A stretch of 32,000 nt of DNA, taken from contig JAJRZD010000022.1 in NCBI GenBank assembly GCA_024275415.1, positions 1-32,000 on the forward strand, written 5' to 3'. The stretch is from an archaeon. Lineage in GTDB: Archaea > Asgardarchaeota > Thorarchaeia > Thorarchaeales > Thorarchaeaceae. Made by a program: the position numbers and the translations under genes. Below are positions 1 to 9,132 of the stretch, in pieces. Every line of letters starts with the position of its first letter. The stretch's first letter is position 1. The notes beneath the pieces are model-generated. The model searched no databases and was not told where the DNA came from. It saw only the letters and a program-made list of their open reading frames with translations.

Positions 1-2
1 CA

Positions 3-317
3 AACCCCGTCAGTCCGGATTATTGGATTGACATATTCCCTCCAGTTCCTACTGACATGGATGTAGAAGAAAACACAACTGATACCGCCACAACAATTGT
101 TACAAATACAACGACCACTACTATCATCACAACACCAGTAATCACAACAACAGCAACAACATCCACATCGACCAAAACCCAGACAACTTCAACAACACAG
201 AGTGTCACGCAAAATCCGAATCCGGAACCAGAAATGATTGTGTTATTAGTGGGAGTTTTTGCTTTTACAGTTGTCATTGTCGCCCTTGTCCTTCTTAAGA
301 AACGTACGATGTCCTGA
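3..317 (+). CDS. C-terminal part of a membrane-anchored surface protein (Thr-rich linker + C-terminal TM + basic tail); 5' end lies outside the window
   Basis: Frame is open from base 3 (NPVSPDYWIDIFPPVPTDMDVEE...). A long Thr/Ser-rich stretch is followed by hydrophobic MIVLLVGVFAFTVVIVALVLL and KKR. Confidence 0.75.
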   Translation, partial: NPVSPDYWIDIFPPVPTDMDVEENTTDTATTIVTNTTTTTIITTPVITTTATTSTSTKTQTTSTTQSVTQNPNPEPEMIVLLVGVFAFTVVIVALVLLKKRTMS

Positions 318-346
318 GAATACTAGGGGATATTTCATCGAGAAGG

Positions 347-1519
347 TCAGATCTGCCTTGTTGTAAGGATGGTCACAACCATGTTATTGCCAAACCCGCC
401 GATATTGTGTGTGAGACCGACCTCTGGGTCTGCCACTTGCAGGTCTTTCGGTGCAGTACCCATGAGCTGCTGATAGATGTCGTGAATCTGCGCGACTCCT
501 GTGGCGCCTGTCGGATGTCCTCTTGCCTTCAACCCGCCAGTGGTGTTCACAGGAATATCACCATCCACGGTCGTTCTTCCATCCTTGACAGCCTGAATAC
601 CACTCCCACGTTCAACAAGCCCTATGTCTTCCATATCGATTATCTCAAGAATCGAGAATGCGTCATGAAGCTCTGACACATCGACATCATCAGGCATGAT
701 ATTAGCCATGTCAAATGCTTTCTTGGCTGCCTCTACAGTGGCGTTCAACGATGTCAGGGACAACCGGTGCTGAACTGCATGATAGTCCGTTGCATGACCT
801 ATCCCTGCGACTCGCACAGAAGTGTCCAAAGCACCAAGGCTTGACCGCATCTTTTCTGATGCTAGCACCACTGCTGCTGCACCATCTGAGGTCGGGCAGC
901 AGTCATACAATGTCAGCGGATCAGCGACTATTCTCGCATTGCTCACTTTCTCGACATCGACTTCCTTTTGAAAATGTGCCCTTGGATTCTTTGCGCCATT
1001 CCGATGCGCCTTGACAGGGACAAGTGAGAGCTCGTTTCGGGTCATACCATAATCATGCATGTATCGTCTGGCAATCATTGCAGCAAGCGATGCAGGTGTC
1101 GCACCGTATCTCGTTTCATTCTCATAGGACATCATGCGTGAAAGTATCTTCGAGGCAGTTCCACGTTCCACTTCTGACATCTTCTCCACACCGACCACGA
1201 GTACGAGATCTGCCATAGATGCCCCTATCAATGCACAAGCTACTTCGAAAGCGCTTGCCCCTGATGATGGACCACTTTCCACACGGGTAGCTCCGGCAGG
1301 AACCAATCCCAACCGGTCAGCTGTCAGGGTCGAGAGATGTCCGATCCCAGTGAACTCATCTGGGTTCTGAGTGGATACTATGACATGGTCAAAGTTCTCC
1401 CCCAGAGTTCCTGATATTGATAGGGCTTCCATGGACGCCATCTGGACCAAGTCCATTATGCTAGCATCCAGCATCCCGAACCTAGTCATACCAGATCCTA
1501 AGATATAGACTGGCTTCAA
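347..1519 (-). CDS. Thiolase-fold protein (archaeal/SCP2-type thiolase family), non-canonical active site
   Basis: G-MTRFG N-terminus, GVEKMS, PTSDGAAA, ELHDAF, GGLKARGHPTGATG and HNIGG motifs. TTG start with GAGGTGGG RBS. The usual CxS motif reads GPSSG. Confidence 0.9.
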   Translation of the reverse strand: MKPVYILGSGMTRFGMLDASIMDLVQMASMEALSISGTLGENFDHVIVSTQNPDEFTGIGHLSTLTADRLGLVPAGATRVESGPSSGASAFEVACALIGASMADLVLVVGVEKMSEVERGTASKILSRMMSYENETRYGATPASLAAMIARRYMHDYGMTRNELSLVPVKAHRNGAKNPRAHFQKEVDVEKVSNARIVADPLTLYDCCPTSDGAAAVVLASEKMRSSLGALDTSVRVAGIGHATDYHAVQHRLSLTSLNATVEAAKKAFDMANIMPDDVDVSELHDAFSILEIIDMEDIGLVERGSGIQAVKDGRTTVDGDIPVNTTGGLKARGHPTGATGVAQIHDIYQQLMGTAPKDLQVADPEVGLTHNIGGFGNNMVVTILTTRQI

Positions 1520-1531
1520 TGAATTCCCACC

Positions 1532-2056
1532 TCACTCAATAAGGACAAGGAGGTCGTTCGGTGTCACTGCGGAGCCGGTTTCAATGTTGACTTCTTTGAC
1601 AGTCCCTGACTTGGGCGCTTTGAGCTCGTTGAACATCTTCATCGCCTCCAGAATACATATTGTCTGCCCCGCATCCACAGCATCTCCGACTGAAACATGC
1701 ACCTCTGTTATCTTGCCGGGCATTGGTGGATATACGCCGCCAGCAACCTTCGGCCCTCCCCCACTTGTAGTTGCAGGGGCCTTGACCGCTTGAGTCTTGC
1801 TTACTCGTTGCCATTCTACAACTCGTGGCTGGTCATCAATCTCAATCTCCAGCTTCGAGCCTGTCTTTTTTATCAATTTGATGGCGAAATCATTGATCGT
1901 GTCATTGATGTGGAACGTCCCATCCTCACCCTGCTCTGCCTTGATCGTGAATGATTCATCGTCCACCTTGACTACCAGTAATCCTCCTTCATCAAGTCGT
2001 TCGATGGACACTTTGTAGACATTCTCGTCCAGCTTGATCTCATATTCCGAACTCAC
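1532..2056 (-). CDS. Biotin carboxyl carrier protein (biotin/lipoyl attachment domain with N-terminal extension)
   Basis: PPMPGKI...GDAVDAGQTICILEAMKMFNEL contains the AMKM biotinylation motif. Probable GTG start at 2056 overlaps the upstream stop (GTGA); the ORF track's 2182 start lies inside the upstream gene. Confidence 0.92.
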   Translation of the reverse strand: MSSEYEIKLDENVYKVSIERLDEGGLLVVKVDDESFTIKAEQGEDGTFHINDTINDFAIKLIKKTGSKLEIEIDDQPRVVEWQRVSKTQAVKAPATTSGGGPKVAGGVYPPMPGKITEVHVSVGDAVDAGQTICILEAMKMFNELKAPKSGTVKEVNIETGSAVTPNDLLVLIE

Positions 2057-3627
2057 AGTGCTCCCCCCTGTGTACGAGAACGCATCTGGTCTTTCCTTCC
2101 AGCAATCGACCATGCAGATGCTCCTCGTTCCCAACTTCCTGTGCTGGCAGAATGAAGTGTTTCCCGACCGTTCAAAGTCCATTGTTCTCCTGCAAAGGCT
2201 GTGGACTGAACATGTCCAGAGCTTCTTCCGCTGATGTGCAGGACTGTGGCAATCAGGGCAGCCTCCAGTTGAGGGGTCAGGCTTCCACGAGCGTTTCGTT
2301 TTGCGCGATGCTTTAGGAAGTCCAGAGCATATTGTGGGAACAGGGCGTATGAAACGAGGTCTCTAGGCTTGTGGGGGATGTCCTTCAGTGCCTCCCGTGC
2401 GGCAGGCAATTCAGGCTCGAGCAGATCAGCCGGTCGGACATTCAGGGGCTCCTCATCGCCGATGACTTTCTGCTTTATCTCGGGATCCACAGGCGCAGGG
2501 GGCCTCCCGTAGTAGCCTCTGAAATACTGCTTGACCTCTTGTGGGATGATGCTATACCGCTCTCCCGTGATGACGTTCAGGGTGGCCTGCGTGCCAACAA
2601 TCTGGCTGGAAGGTGTGACGAGGGGTGGATAGCCAAACTCTGCACGGACCCGTGGAACCTCAGCAAGCACCTCGTCGTATCGGTCAAGGGCTCCCTGTTC
2701 TTTGAGCTGATTATCAAGGTTAGATAGCATCCCACCAGGGATCTGAAATACAAGGACTTGGGGGTTGACTCCTTTCAACGCCCCTTCGAACTGAACGTAC
2801 TTCCGGCGAATCTTCCTGAAATAGTCTGCAATCTCGGAGAGGAGATTAAGGTCAAGACCAGTGTCGTAGGGTGTTCCGCGCAACGCCTCAACGATTGACT
2901 CTGTTGCTGGCTGCGATGTTGCCATCGCAAGTGATGATATGGCACAGTCAACAACATCCACCCCAGCCTCTGCAGCCTTCAGGTATGCCATTGCAGCCAT
3001 GCCACTCGTGTAGTGAGAGTGGAGCTGCACAGGGATGTCCATCTCCTCCTTAAGACCTTTCACAAGGTCGTACGCAGCCTGCGGGGATATCAGTCCTGCC
3101 ATGTCCTTGATGCATATGGAGTCCGCACCCATCTCGTAGAGCATCTTGGACTTCTCGATGAACTTCTCATTCGTATGGACTGGGCTCAGGGTGTAACTGA
3201 TGCTTGCTTGGACATGCCCACCCTCACGTTTGACGAACTTCATGGCAGCCTCCATATTGCGGACATCATTAAGTGCATCGAATATCCTAAAGATGTCGAT
3301 GCCCACCTTGACCGCCTCCACTACAAAAGCTTCTAGAACATCGTCGGGGTAGTGGCGATAGCCAACGATATTCTGGCCTCTCAGAAGCATCTGCATCTTG
3401 GTGTTTGGCATCGCGTCACTAAGGGCTTCAACACGTTCCCATGGATCCTCGTTTAGAAACCGCATCATTGAATCGAAGGTAGCACCACCAAACATCTCCA
3501 ATGAATAGTATCCTACCTTGTTCAGTTTCTCACAAATAGGAAGCATGTCCTCCGTTTTCATCCTCGTTGCAAGAAGAGATTGGTGAGCATCTCTAAGAAC
3601 CGTATCTGTAATGCATACTTTCGCCAT
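2053..3627 (-). CDS. pycB: Pyruvate/oxaloacetate carboxyltransferase subunit (PycB / OadA / transcarboxylase 5S-like) without biotin domain
   Basis: TDTVLRDAHQSLLATRM, GGATFD, MLLRGQN, IKDMAG, HSH, QIPGGM, PPLVTPSSQIVG motifs. No AMKM domain; instead a ~75-aa C-terminal tail. Confidence 0.92.
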   Translation of the reverse strand: MAKVCITDTVLRDAHQSLLATRMKTEDMLPICEKLNKVGYYSLEMFGGATFDSMMRFLNEDPWERVEALSDAMPNTKMQMLLRGQNIVGYRHYPDDVLEAFVVEAVKVGIDIFRIFDALNDVRNMEAAMKFVKREGGHVQASISYTLSPVHTNEKFIEKSKMLYEMGADSICIKDMAGLISPQAAYDLVKGLKEEMDIPVQLHSHYTSGMAAMAYLKAAEAGVDVVDCAISSLAMATSQPATESIVEALRGTPYDTGLDLNLLSEIADYFRKIRRKYVQFEGALKGVNPQVLVFQIPGGMLSNLDNQLKEQGALDRYDEVLAEVPRVRAEFGYPPLVTPSSQIVGTQATLNVITGERYSIIPQEVKQYFRGYYGRPPAPVDPEIKQKVIGDEEPLNVRPADLLEPELPAAREALKDIPHKPRDLVSYALFPQYALDFLKHRAKRNARGSLTPQLEAALIATVLHISGRSSGHVQSTAFAGEQWTLNGRETLHSASTGSWERGASAWSIAGRKDQMRSRTQGGAL

Positions 3628-3726
3628 TGCAAGCCATCCTATGCCTCACGGGTTTCGTATTTAGTCGTTCTGTTTTGGAGGGGGATCACGACAGACGTTG
3701 CAACCCCTTGAGATATTTTGCTTGAT

Positions 3727-3888
3727 ATGCCACTCATGACCACCTTTTACAGGAAAGTGAAGAGTGGAGGAAGCGTTGTCAATAACCGAGTGGAGTTCGA
3801 TGACAATGGGGGAACCATTGAGGGTCTTTTAAGAAAACATGAGTGTCCAATCCACTGGTTACAGACAGTGAAGAACTTCGTGGAATGA
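3727..3888 (+). CDS. Possible small protein (53 aa), below the ORF-track cut-off
   Basis: ATG at 3727 (second ATG 3736) to TGA 3886-3888: MPLMTTFYRKVKSGGSVVNNRVEFDDNGGTIEGLLRKHECPIHWLQTVKNFVE. Fills an otherwise empty intergenic gap; no family recognised. Confidence 0.3.
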   Translation: MPLMTTFYRKVKSGGSVVNNRVEFDDNGGTIEGLLRKHECPIHWLQTVKNFVE

Positions 3889-3973
3889 ATTGCAGAACCA
3901 AATGAAATACAGATAATGATTAAATGTGGTATTTGAGCATTAAGTGATACAGACTATAATCAGAGGTACTAAA

Positions 3974-4666
3974 ATGGCATTTGGAATTGTACATATTATT
4001 TATGCAATGAACGCTGCTGTGATGACACTCACTTTCGTCATAATATTCAAGAAGTACCTAACGGAAAAGAACAAGCTCACACTGATATTCTCACTGGTCA
4101 TTCTGACATATGCCGTTATCTGCACCATTTTTGTGGGGAGAGGTCTATTTGATGCAAATACAGCAGGAAGCATGCTCTTCCAAAGGCTCTATGTTGTGAC
4201 AATGCCCATTATCGGTATCTCTCTTGCCACATTCATCTTTTACCCGATCATCATTCAAAGGGGTGGTTTCAAGGATGGCGGGGCTGTAACACTGTTATAC
4301 ACCATTTTGTGGGCAGTAGCTTTCACGACCATGTTCATGCTTGGGACTGGAGAGATGACCTATCAATACAGCGAACTTGCTGTCGACCTATACTCGATAA
4401 CATGGGGAGGGCTATCCTATTCCCAAATCCTATCCATCATGTTGGTCATTGGAACCACCGATATAATTGGACTCGCCATAATGGTATATTTGGAATCCGA
4501 TCCTTTCTTTAAGACGCGGGCGCTGTTGCTCTTCGTTGGATGGCTTATGAGCGTGGTTGGCGTTGTACTTGTGATTATCCCAGGATTATTGATACTAAAC
4601 CCAGTTGTGTTCGGACTGGGAGGTTACATCATGGCTTATGGAATTCTTAGAAATCCACCACAATGA
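3974..4666 (+). CDS. Stand-alone 7-TM membrane protein (230 aa), paralog A
   Basis: ATG at 3974 preceded by GAGGT RBS. Seven hydrophobic segments by eye; colinear paralog at 6559-7250. Confidence 0.85.
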   Translation: MAFGIVHIIYAMNAAVMTLTFVIIFKKYLTEKNKLTLIFSLVILTYAVICTIFVGRGLFDANTAGSMLFQRLYVVTMPIIGISLATFIFYPIIIQRGGFKDGGAVTLLYTILWAVAFTTMFMLGTGEMTYQYSELAVDLYSITWGGLSYSQILSIMLVIGTTDIIGLAIMVYLESDPFFKTRALLLFVGWLMSVVGVVLVIIPGLLILNPVVFGLGGYIMAYGILRNPPQ

Positions 4667-4679
4667 AGGTGATATTGCA

Positions 4680-5504
4680 ATGTCAGTGGCCAAATCTCAA
4701 GAGATCTTTGTATTCTGTGACATTTACAAAAAGAACATCCTCCTCAAAATCCCTGAAAAAGGAGATGCGAAAAGAGTAGGAGGACTACTTGCAATCCTAT
4801 CAATCCATGGCAACCCGAAGCATGAGTCGTTGTTCTACTTGGATGCCAATTACAGGGTACGGGGTTGTGAGTATCCCGCGATTATCGAGTCAGAAACGAT
4901 CAGTACACACCCTGCACGGCTCCTTGCCAAGAAAGGGCTTACACTGGAACAGTTAGTGAGCTGCTTCGGAAACAAGTCGAAGACTGCAGTTTCGAACTTC
5001 ACAAAGTTCATCGTGCAGACGCTTATCCGGAACAACTCGTACCTCATCGAGTCGGACCTCATCAACGGAGATACGGTGCGCGACCACATCGAACTGCTGT
5101 TCAGTGAGCAGGGGATATCACTCACACTGATCCGAAGAGAAGAAGAGGACAAAGTCACAGGTATCTATCCCACGGTGTTTGATCTCGAATCTAAGAAGTT
5201 CCTCACGGAGGGAGTAAACCTGAAGATACCCTACTTCGAGAACCTCGTCAAGGACATCATGAAGGAAAAGGACAACTTCTACAGCCTGCAGAACGAACTC
5301 AGTAAGATGATTTATTCGTACACCAAACTAAAGGAGATCCTTTCGACGACCTCGTCATCAATCAAGGACACTGAGCTAGCTAGGGATATCTCTATCGACC
5401 TACCAGTCCTGACCATCCTTACGAAAATGGCTGAGAATGAGGGAATCGATATCAAAACCAAGGTCGAGTTCAATGGTATCGGTAGAGCGCTGAGGAGTTT
5501 CTAG
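4680..5504 (+). CDS. Hypothetical cytoplasmic protein, probably co-transcribed with 7-TM paralog A
   Basis: ATG 4680 with AGGTGA RBS, 13 nt after the upstream stop. N-terminal HGNPKH...YLDANYRVRG motif resembles domains I recall from Asgard hypothetical proteins. Confidence 0.8.
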   Translation: MSVAKSQEIFVFCDIYKKNILLKIPEKGDAKRVGGLLAILSIHGNPKHESLFYLDANYRVRGCEYPAIIESETISTHPARLLAKKGLTLEQLVSCFGNKSKTAVSNFTKFIVQTLIRNNSYLIESDLINGDTVRDHIELLFSEQGISLTLIRREEEDKVTGIYPTVFDLESKKFLTEGVNLKIPYFENLVKDIMKEKDNFYSLQNELSKMIYSYTKLKEILSTTSSSIKDTELARDISIDLPVLTILTKMAENEGIDIKTKVEFNGIGRALRSF

Positions 5505-5555
5505 GATTCTCAGTTGCCGAGAGGTTGTACAAAAGACATTGTGCTGCCGTCAGGG

Positions 5556-5915
5556 TCATCTTTGCCTCTTTAGAACGACTTCGATGATGCCGTTTCGAAT
5601 ATCCCACGAATATTCGCCGGTCATATCGCGGCTCAATCCATACCGTCTTAGAAAATCATTTTCAAATGATTTGATTTCGAGGATACGGCGGTCACCTTTT
5701 GATAGTAGTTCTACAGTGGTATTAGCACCTGAGAATTGGGGGCCAAGTTCCATGACTAAAAGGACATGGTCATCGTATTTGATGACCTCTTCAGACCTAG
5801 GTGGCGATCTTGTCTGATGTGGTCGAGCTGGAAACCCAAAGAGTGAGGAATCATCCATCCACTTGCGCATACTCTTGAAGAGTTCATCGAACAAATCATC
5901 ATCCCAGTCGCTCAC
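5556..5915 (-). CDS. Divergent small heat-shock protein (Hsp20/alpha-crystallin-like)
   Basis: Acidic/aromatic N-terminus DDDLFDELFKSMRKWM and C-terminal NGIIEVVLK resembling the NGVLEV signature; 119 aa. Confidence 0.6.
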   Translation of the reverse strand: MSDWDDDLFDELFKSMRKWMDDSSLFGFPARPHQTRSPPRSEEVIKYDDHVLLVMELGPQFSGANTTVELLSKGDRRILEIKSFENDFLRRYGLSRDMTGEYSWDIRNGIIEVVLKRQR

Positions 5916-6097
5916 ATCACATCACCATTAGGTCATTATCTGTGGCGAAGGAGATTAGTCTTTTCAAATGCACTTCTAGCAACATGCCACTGATGTCAGA
6001 GGTCTATCCAAGACGAATAACCACACTCACGGATGCTGAGCGAAACTCCAATGGAAGAGTGAATAGTAAGATAAGGAACCACACTAAAGAGCATAAC

Positions 6098-6394
6098 ATG
6101 ACCGACAATTCACTGGAGGAACAGATAGGAGAAAAAGTTACTTTGGAGGGGACTGCCCAGAACTCAAAAGCTGGTGCAGTACTGCTTCTTGGAACAGGGA
6201 ACGTCATTTGGATCAGAAGAAAGGGTTCATGGGATGACACACGAGTTGGCAAGGAAATCACATTAACAGGGATTCTCAGGCGAGAAAAGTACATTCCCAA
6301 TCATATGACCTCAGATGATGGCGGAATTAGTCAAGGTGCTGAGGGACTACAGTATACACTCGAACTGACTCGCAGGTGTAGACTGACCGATTAA
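6098..6394 (+). CDS. Small hypothetical protein (98 aa, beta-rich)
   Basis: Probable start is the ATG at 6098 (MTDNSLEEQIGEKVTLEGTAQNSKAGAVLL...), inside the longer ORF 5942-6394. Protein-like composition downstream of that Met. Confidence 0.6.
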   Translation: MTDNSLEEQIGEKVTLEGTAQNSKAGAVLLLGTGNVIWIRRKGSWDDTRVGKEITLTGILRREKYIPNHMTSDDGGISQGAEGLQYTLELTRRCRLTD

Positions 6395-6558
6395 ATTTGT
6401 TGAATCTCACATATATCGAGAGGATCTGTTGCTAAGACATTCGTGTAACCAAGTACTATGTAGGGACAATTCGTGCGGTTTCTACGAACCATTTCTATGC
6501 AGATAATCGTTAAATAGCACATATACGAGTAGATTACGAAAAATAAGGCGGTATAATA

Positions 6559-7250
6559 ATGGCTTTCGGAATTCTGCATGTTGTATATGCAATAAATGCT
6601 GCGGCAATGATGGTGTGTTTCACTTTGGTTGCCAAGAAGTATTTATCTGAGAGAATAGGATCACGCTGATATTCGCGCTGTTCATCTTAACATATGCGGT
6701 AATCTGTATTCTTTTCGTTGGAAGGGGATTCTTTGATGTCAATACGATAGGAAGTATGCTGTTTCACCGCCTCTATGTCATGGCGATGGCAGTCATTAGT
6801 ATTATTCTTGGTATGTTCGTGCTCTATCCCGTCATTGTGCAGAGAGGTGGACTCAGACACGGTGGCGTGATTTCCATAATTTTTACGATAGACTGGCTAC
6901 TGTTCATATCTTCGTTTCTGATGGTTACCACAGGCGACATGTCCTATCTCTATACTGAACTTAATGCAGATTTCTATAGTATCTCGTGGGGAGCTGTCCC
7001 CTACTCATTTATCCTATTAGAAATGTTAGGCATGGGTATTGTGAATGTCACCGGGCTTGGCGCGATGACCTATTTGGAAACAGACCCGTTCTTCAAGAAA
7101 CGGGCATTCATGCTGTTCTTAGGTTACCTTCTGAGTCTGGTTGCAGTTCTCATCGTAACGATTCGGAGTTTGGTGATACTGAATCCAATCATATTTGGGT
7201 TGGGAGGTGCCGTCATGTCATACGGAATCCTCCGAAAACCTCCTCAGTAA
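6559..7250 (+). pseudogene. 7-TM membrane protein paralog B, frameshifted by a 1-nt deletion near 6654 (or sequencing error)
   Basis: ATG 6559 gives MAFGILHVVYAINAAAMMVCFTLVAKKYLSE, matching paralog A, then hits TGA at 6667. Shifting frame restores NRITLIFALFILTYAVICILFVGRG into ORF 6756-7250. Length is 692 nt versus 693 nt for paralog A. Confidence 0.85.
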
Positions 7251-7442
7251 GGACAGTCAGATGAAGACATGCCATGCCGGAGGTTCTCCGAAAACTCTCC
7301 TGTCAGTCCATTGTCCAGTCAGGGTCTTCGAAGGAAGTTATTCCGAAACGATTGTATCTTTGTCAAAATAGAGCAATCAATTTATTTGGACAATACCTAG
7401 AGCGGAAGCGGGGTCGCAAGCGGAAGAGCTGGGTGTTGGATT

Positions 7443-8939
7443 GTGAACAAGAAACAAGCAGTAATCAGCGTTTTCAATAAGACCGGGATTGTGGAGTTTT
7501 GCAAACAGATAGCAGACAAATTTGACTTCATCAGCACAGGCAAAACGGCGACTGTGCTTTGTGAAGCTGGGCTCCCCGTACAAGAGGTAAAAGATGTAAC
7601 GGGGTTCCCTGAAATCTTAGATGGCCGTGTGAAAACGCTCCACCCTCTAATCATGGGAGGAGTCCTTGGGAGAGAAGATCAAGAAGAAGAAATGAGAAGA
7701 CTGGGAATAGCGCCCATTCGACTTGTCGTAGTGAATCTATATCCCTTCGAAGAGATTGTTTCAAAACCTCATTCACTAGACGATGCAATCGAGGGTATAG
7801 ATATTGGAGGTGTTACTCTTCTCCGCGGGGCGGCTAAGAATTTCATGAATGTGATTGTGGTCAGCTCTCCAGATGATTACAGTTAAGTCGCTGATGCCAT
7901 TGTGAACGGCGGGATTACAGTAGAGATGAGAAAAGAACTTGCTGAGAAAGCCTTTCAGCATACTGCCATGTATGATATTGCAATCGGCAGGTATCTCTCT
8001 GGTGGGAAGACATTTCCTGAAACTTTCATGATGGGCTTTCAAAATGCACAGGTACTTCGTTATGGTGAGAATTGGCACCAGGAGGCAAGATATTATCTTG
8101 AAAAGGAAAGGGAACCATTCTACGAGCAAATACACGGCAAGCCTGTTTCATATAATAATCTCGTTGACTTTTATACTGCTATTGGAATCCTTTCAGAAAC
8201 CGAGGAACCATCATGTGCCATAATCAAGCATACAAGCCCTTGTGGGTTCGCATCAGCTGAATCCATCGAAAGAGCATTCGACGATGCATTCGCTACAGAC
8301 AATCTCTCTGCATTCGGTTCAGTAATGGGGTTCAATAGGGAGGTCACTGAGGAACTTGCAAAGAAACTGAATGCAATGTTCGTCGATGCTGTCATAGCAC
8401 CTAGGTTTGAGGACAACGCCCTAAAGATACTCAAGAGAAAGAAAAAGGTCATTCTTTGTCAGTTAAGAGATTACAGGATTCCCCGACTCTCCGTGAAACT
8501 TGTCCCGAACGGTATCCTTGTACAACCTACAGATACACGCCGGCTGACAATAGATGATCTGACTGTTGTCACACAACGGCAACCGACTGAACAAGAGTTG
8601 AATGACATGCTCTTTGCGTGGATGGTCGTGAAGTACACCAAGTCAAATGCAGCTGTTATCAGTACTGAAACAAGAACATTAGGTGTGGGCATGGGACAGT
8701 CCTCAAGGATTGCTGCGGTCCAGCTTGCCCTGCAAAGGGCTGGCGAAAGGGCAGAGGGATCTGTCATGGCGTCCGATGCCTTCTTCCCCTATCGTGATTC
8801 AATCGATGCGGCCACCTCAAAAGGAGTGAAAGCGATCATCGCTCCTGGAGGTTCTGTCCGCGATGCAGAGTCCATTGAGGCTGCAGATGAGGCATGCATC
8901 ACTATGGTCTGGTCAGGAGTTCGCTCTTTCCTGCACTGA
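7443..8939 (+). pseudogene. purH: Bifunctional AICAR transformylase/IMP cyclohydrolase interrupted by one in-frame TAA (7884-7886)
   Basis: [85 protein letters not shown]. The two ORFs share one frame: PDDYS*VADAIVNGG. Confidence 0.9.
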
Positions 8940-9088
8940 GCGATATCATTTGCTCGCATCATACACACTATCGCTATAGACAGAACTTCGACAACGTTCT
9001 CGATCATATTTGACAAGCAAATAGAATTGGAGTCCAGAATCATCAACGTATCCTTAGAATTGTCAGTGATAAGAAGAAAAGGAGTGGT

Positions 9089-9132
9089 GGTCCTTGATCA
9101 GATTGTTCCCCCAAAGCAGTTGATCAAGGACC
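9089..9132. terminator. Strong hairpin between convergent purH and regulator genes, possible terminator or RNA structure
   Basis: Perfect 12-bp inverted repeat GGTCCTTGATCA (9089-9100) / TGATCAAGGACC (9121-9132); a pyrimidine/T-rich tract follows on the minus strand. Confidence 0.5.

Noticed and set aside
78-200. ACA/ACC-rich tract as a tandem repeat or CRISPR-like array
   Set aside because: It is simply Thr codons of a linker; there is no fixed repeat unit or spacer structure.
2057-2182. N-terminal extension of the biotin carrier given by the ORF track
   Set aside because: It overlaps the pycB 3' end by 130 nt; a GTG overlapping the stop (GTGA) with a purine-rich RBS is the more plausible start.
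6640-6670. Programmed ribosomal frameshift in 7-TM paralog B
   Set aside because: No X XXY YYZ slippery site or obvious downstream stimulator; a plain 1-nt deletion explains it.
3974-7250. 7-TM proteins as microbial rhodopsins (schizo-/heliorhodopsin)
   Set aside because: Helix 7 (LLILNPVVFGLGGYIMAYGIL) has no Lys; no DxxxK/SxxxK or RYxxW motif.
7251-7442. ZMP/ZTP riboswitch upstream of purH (GC-rich AGCGGAAG repeated twice, GGGGTCG)
   Set aside because: The conserved GACUGGCG and CGCCUGGG elements are not present; only a short direct repeat is seen.
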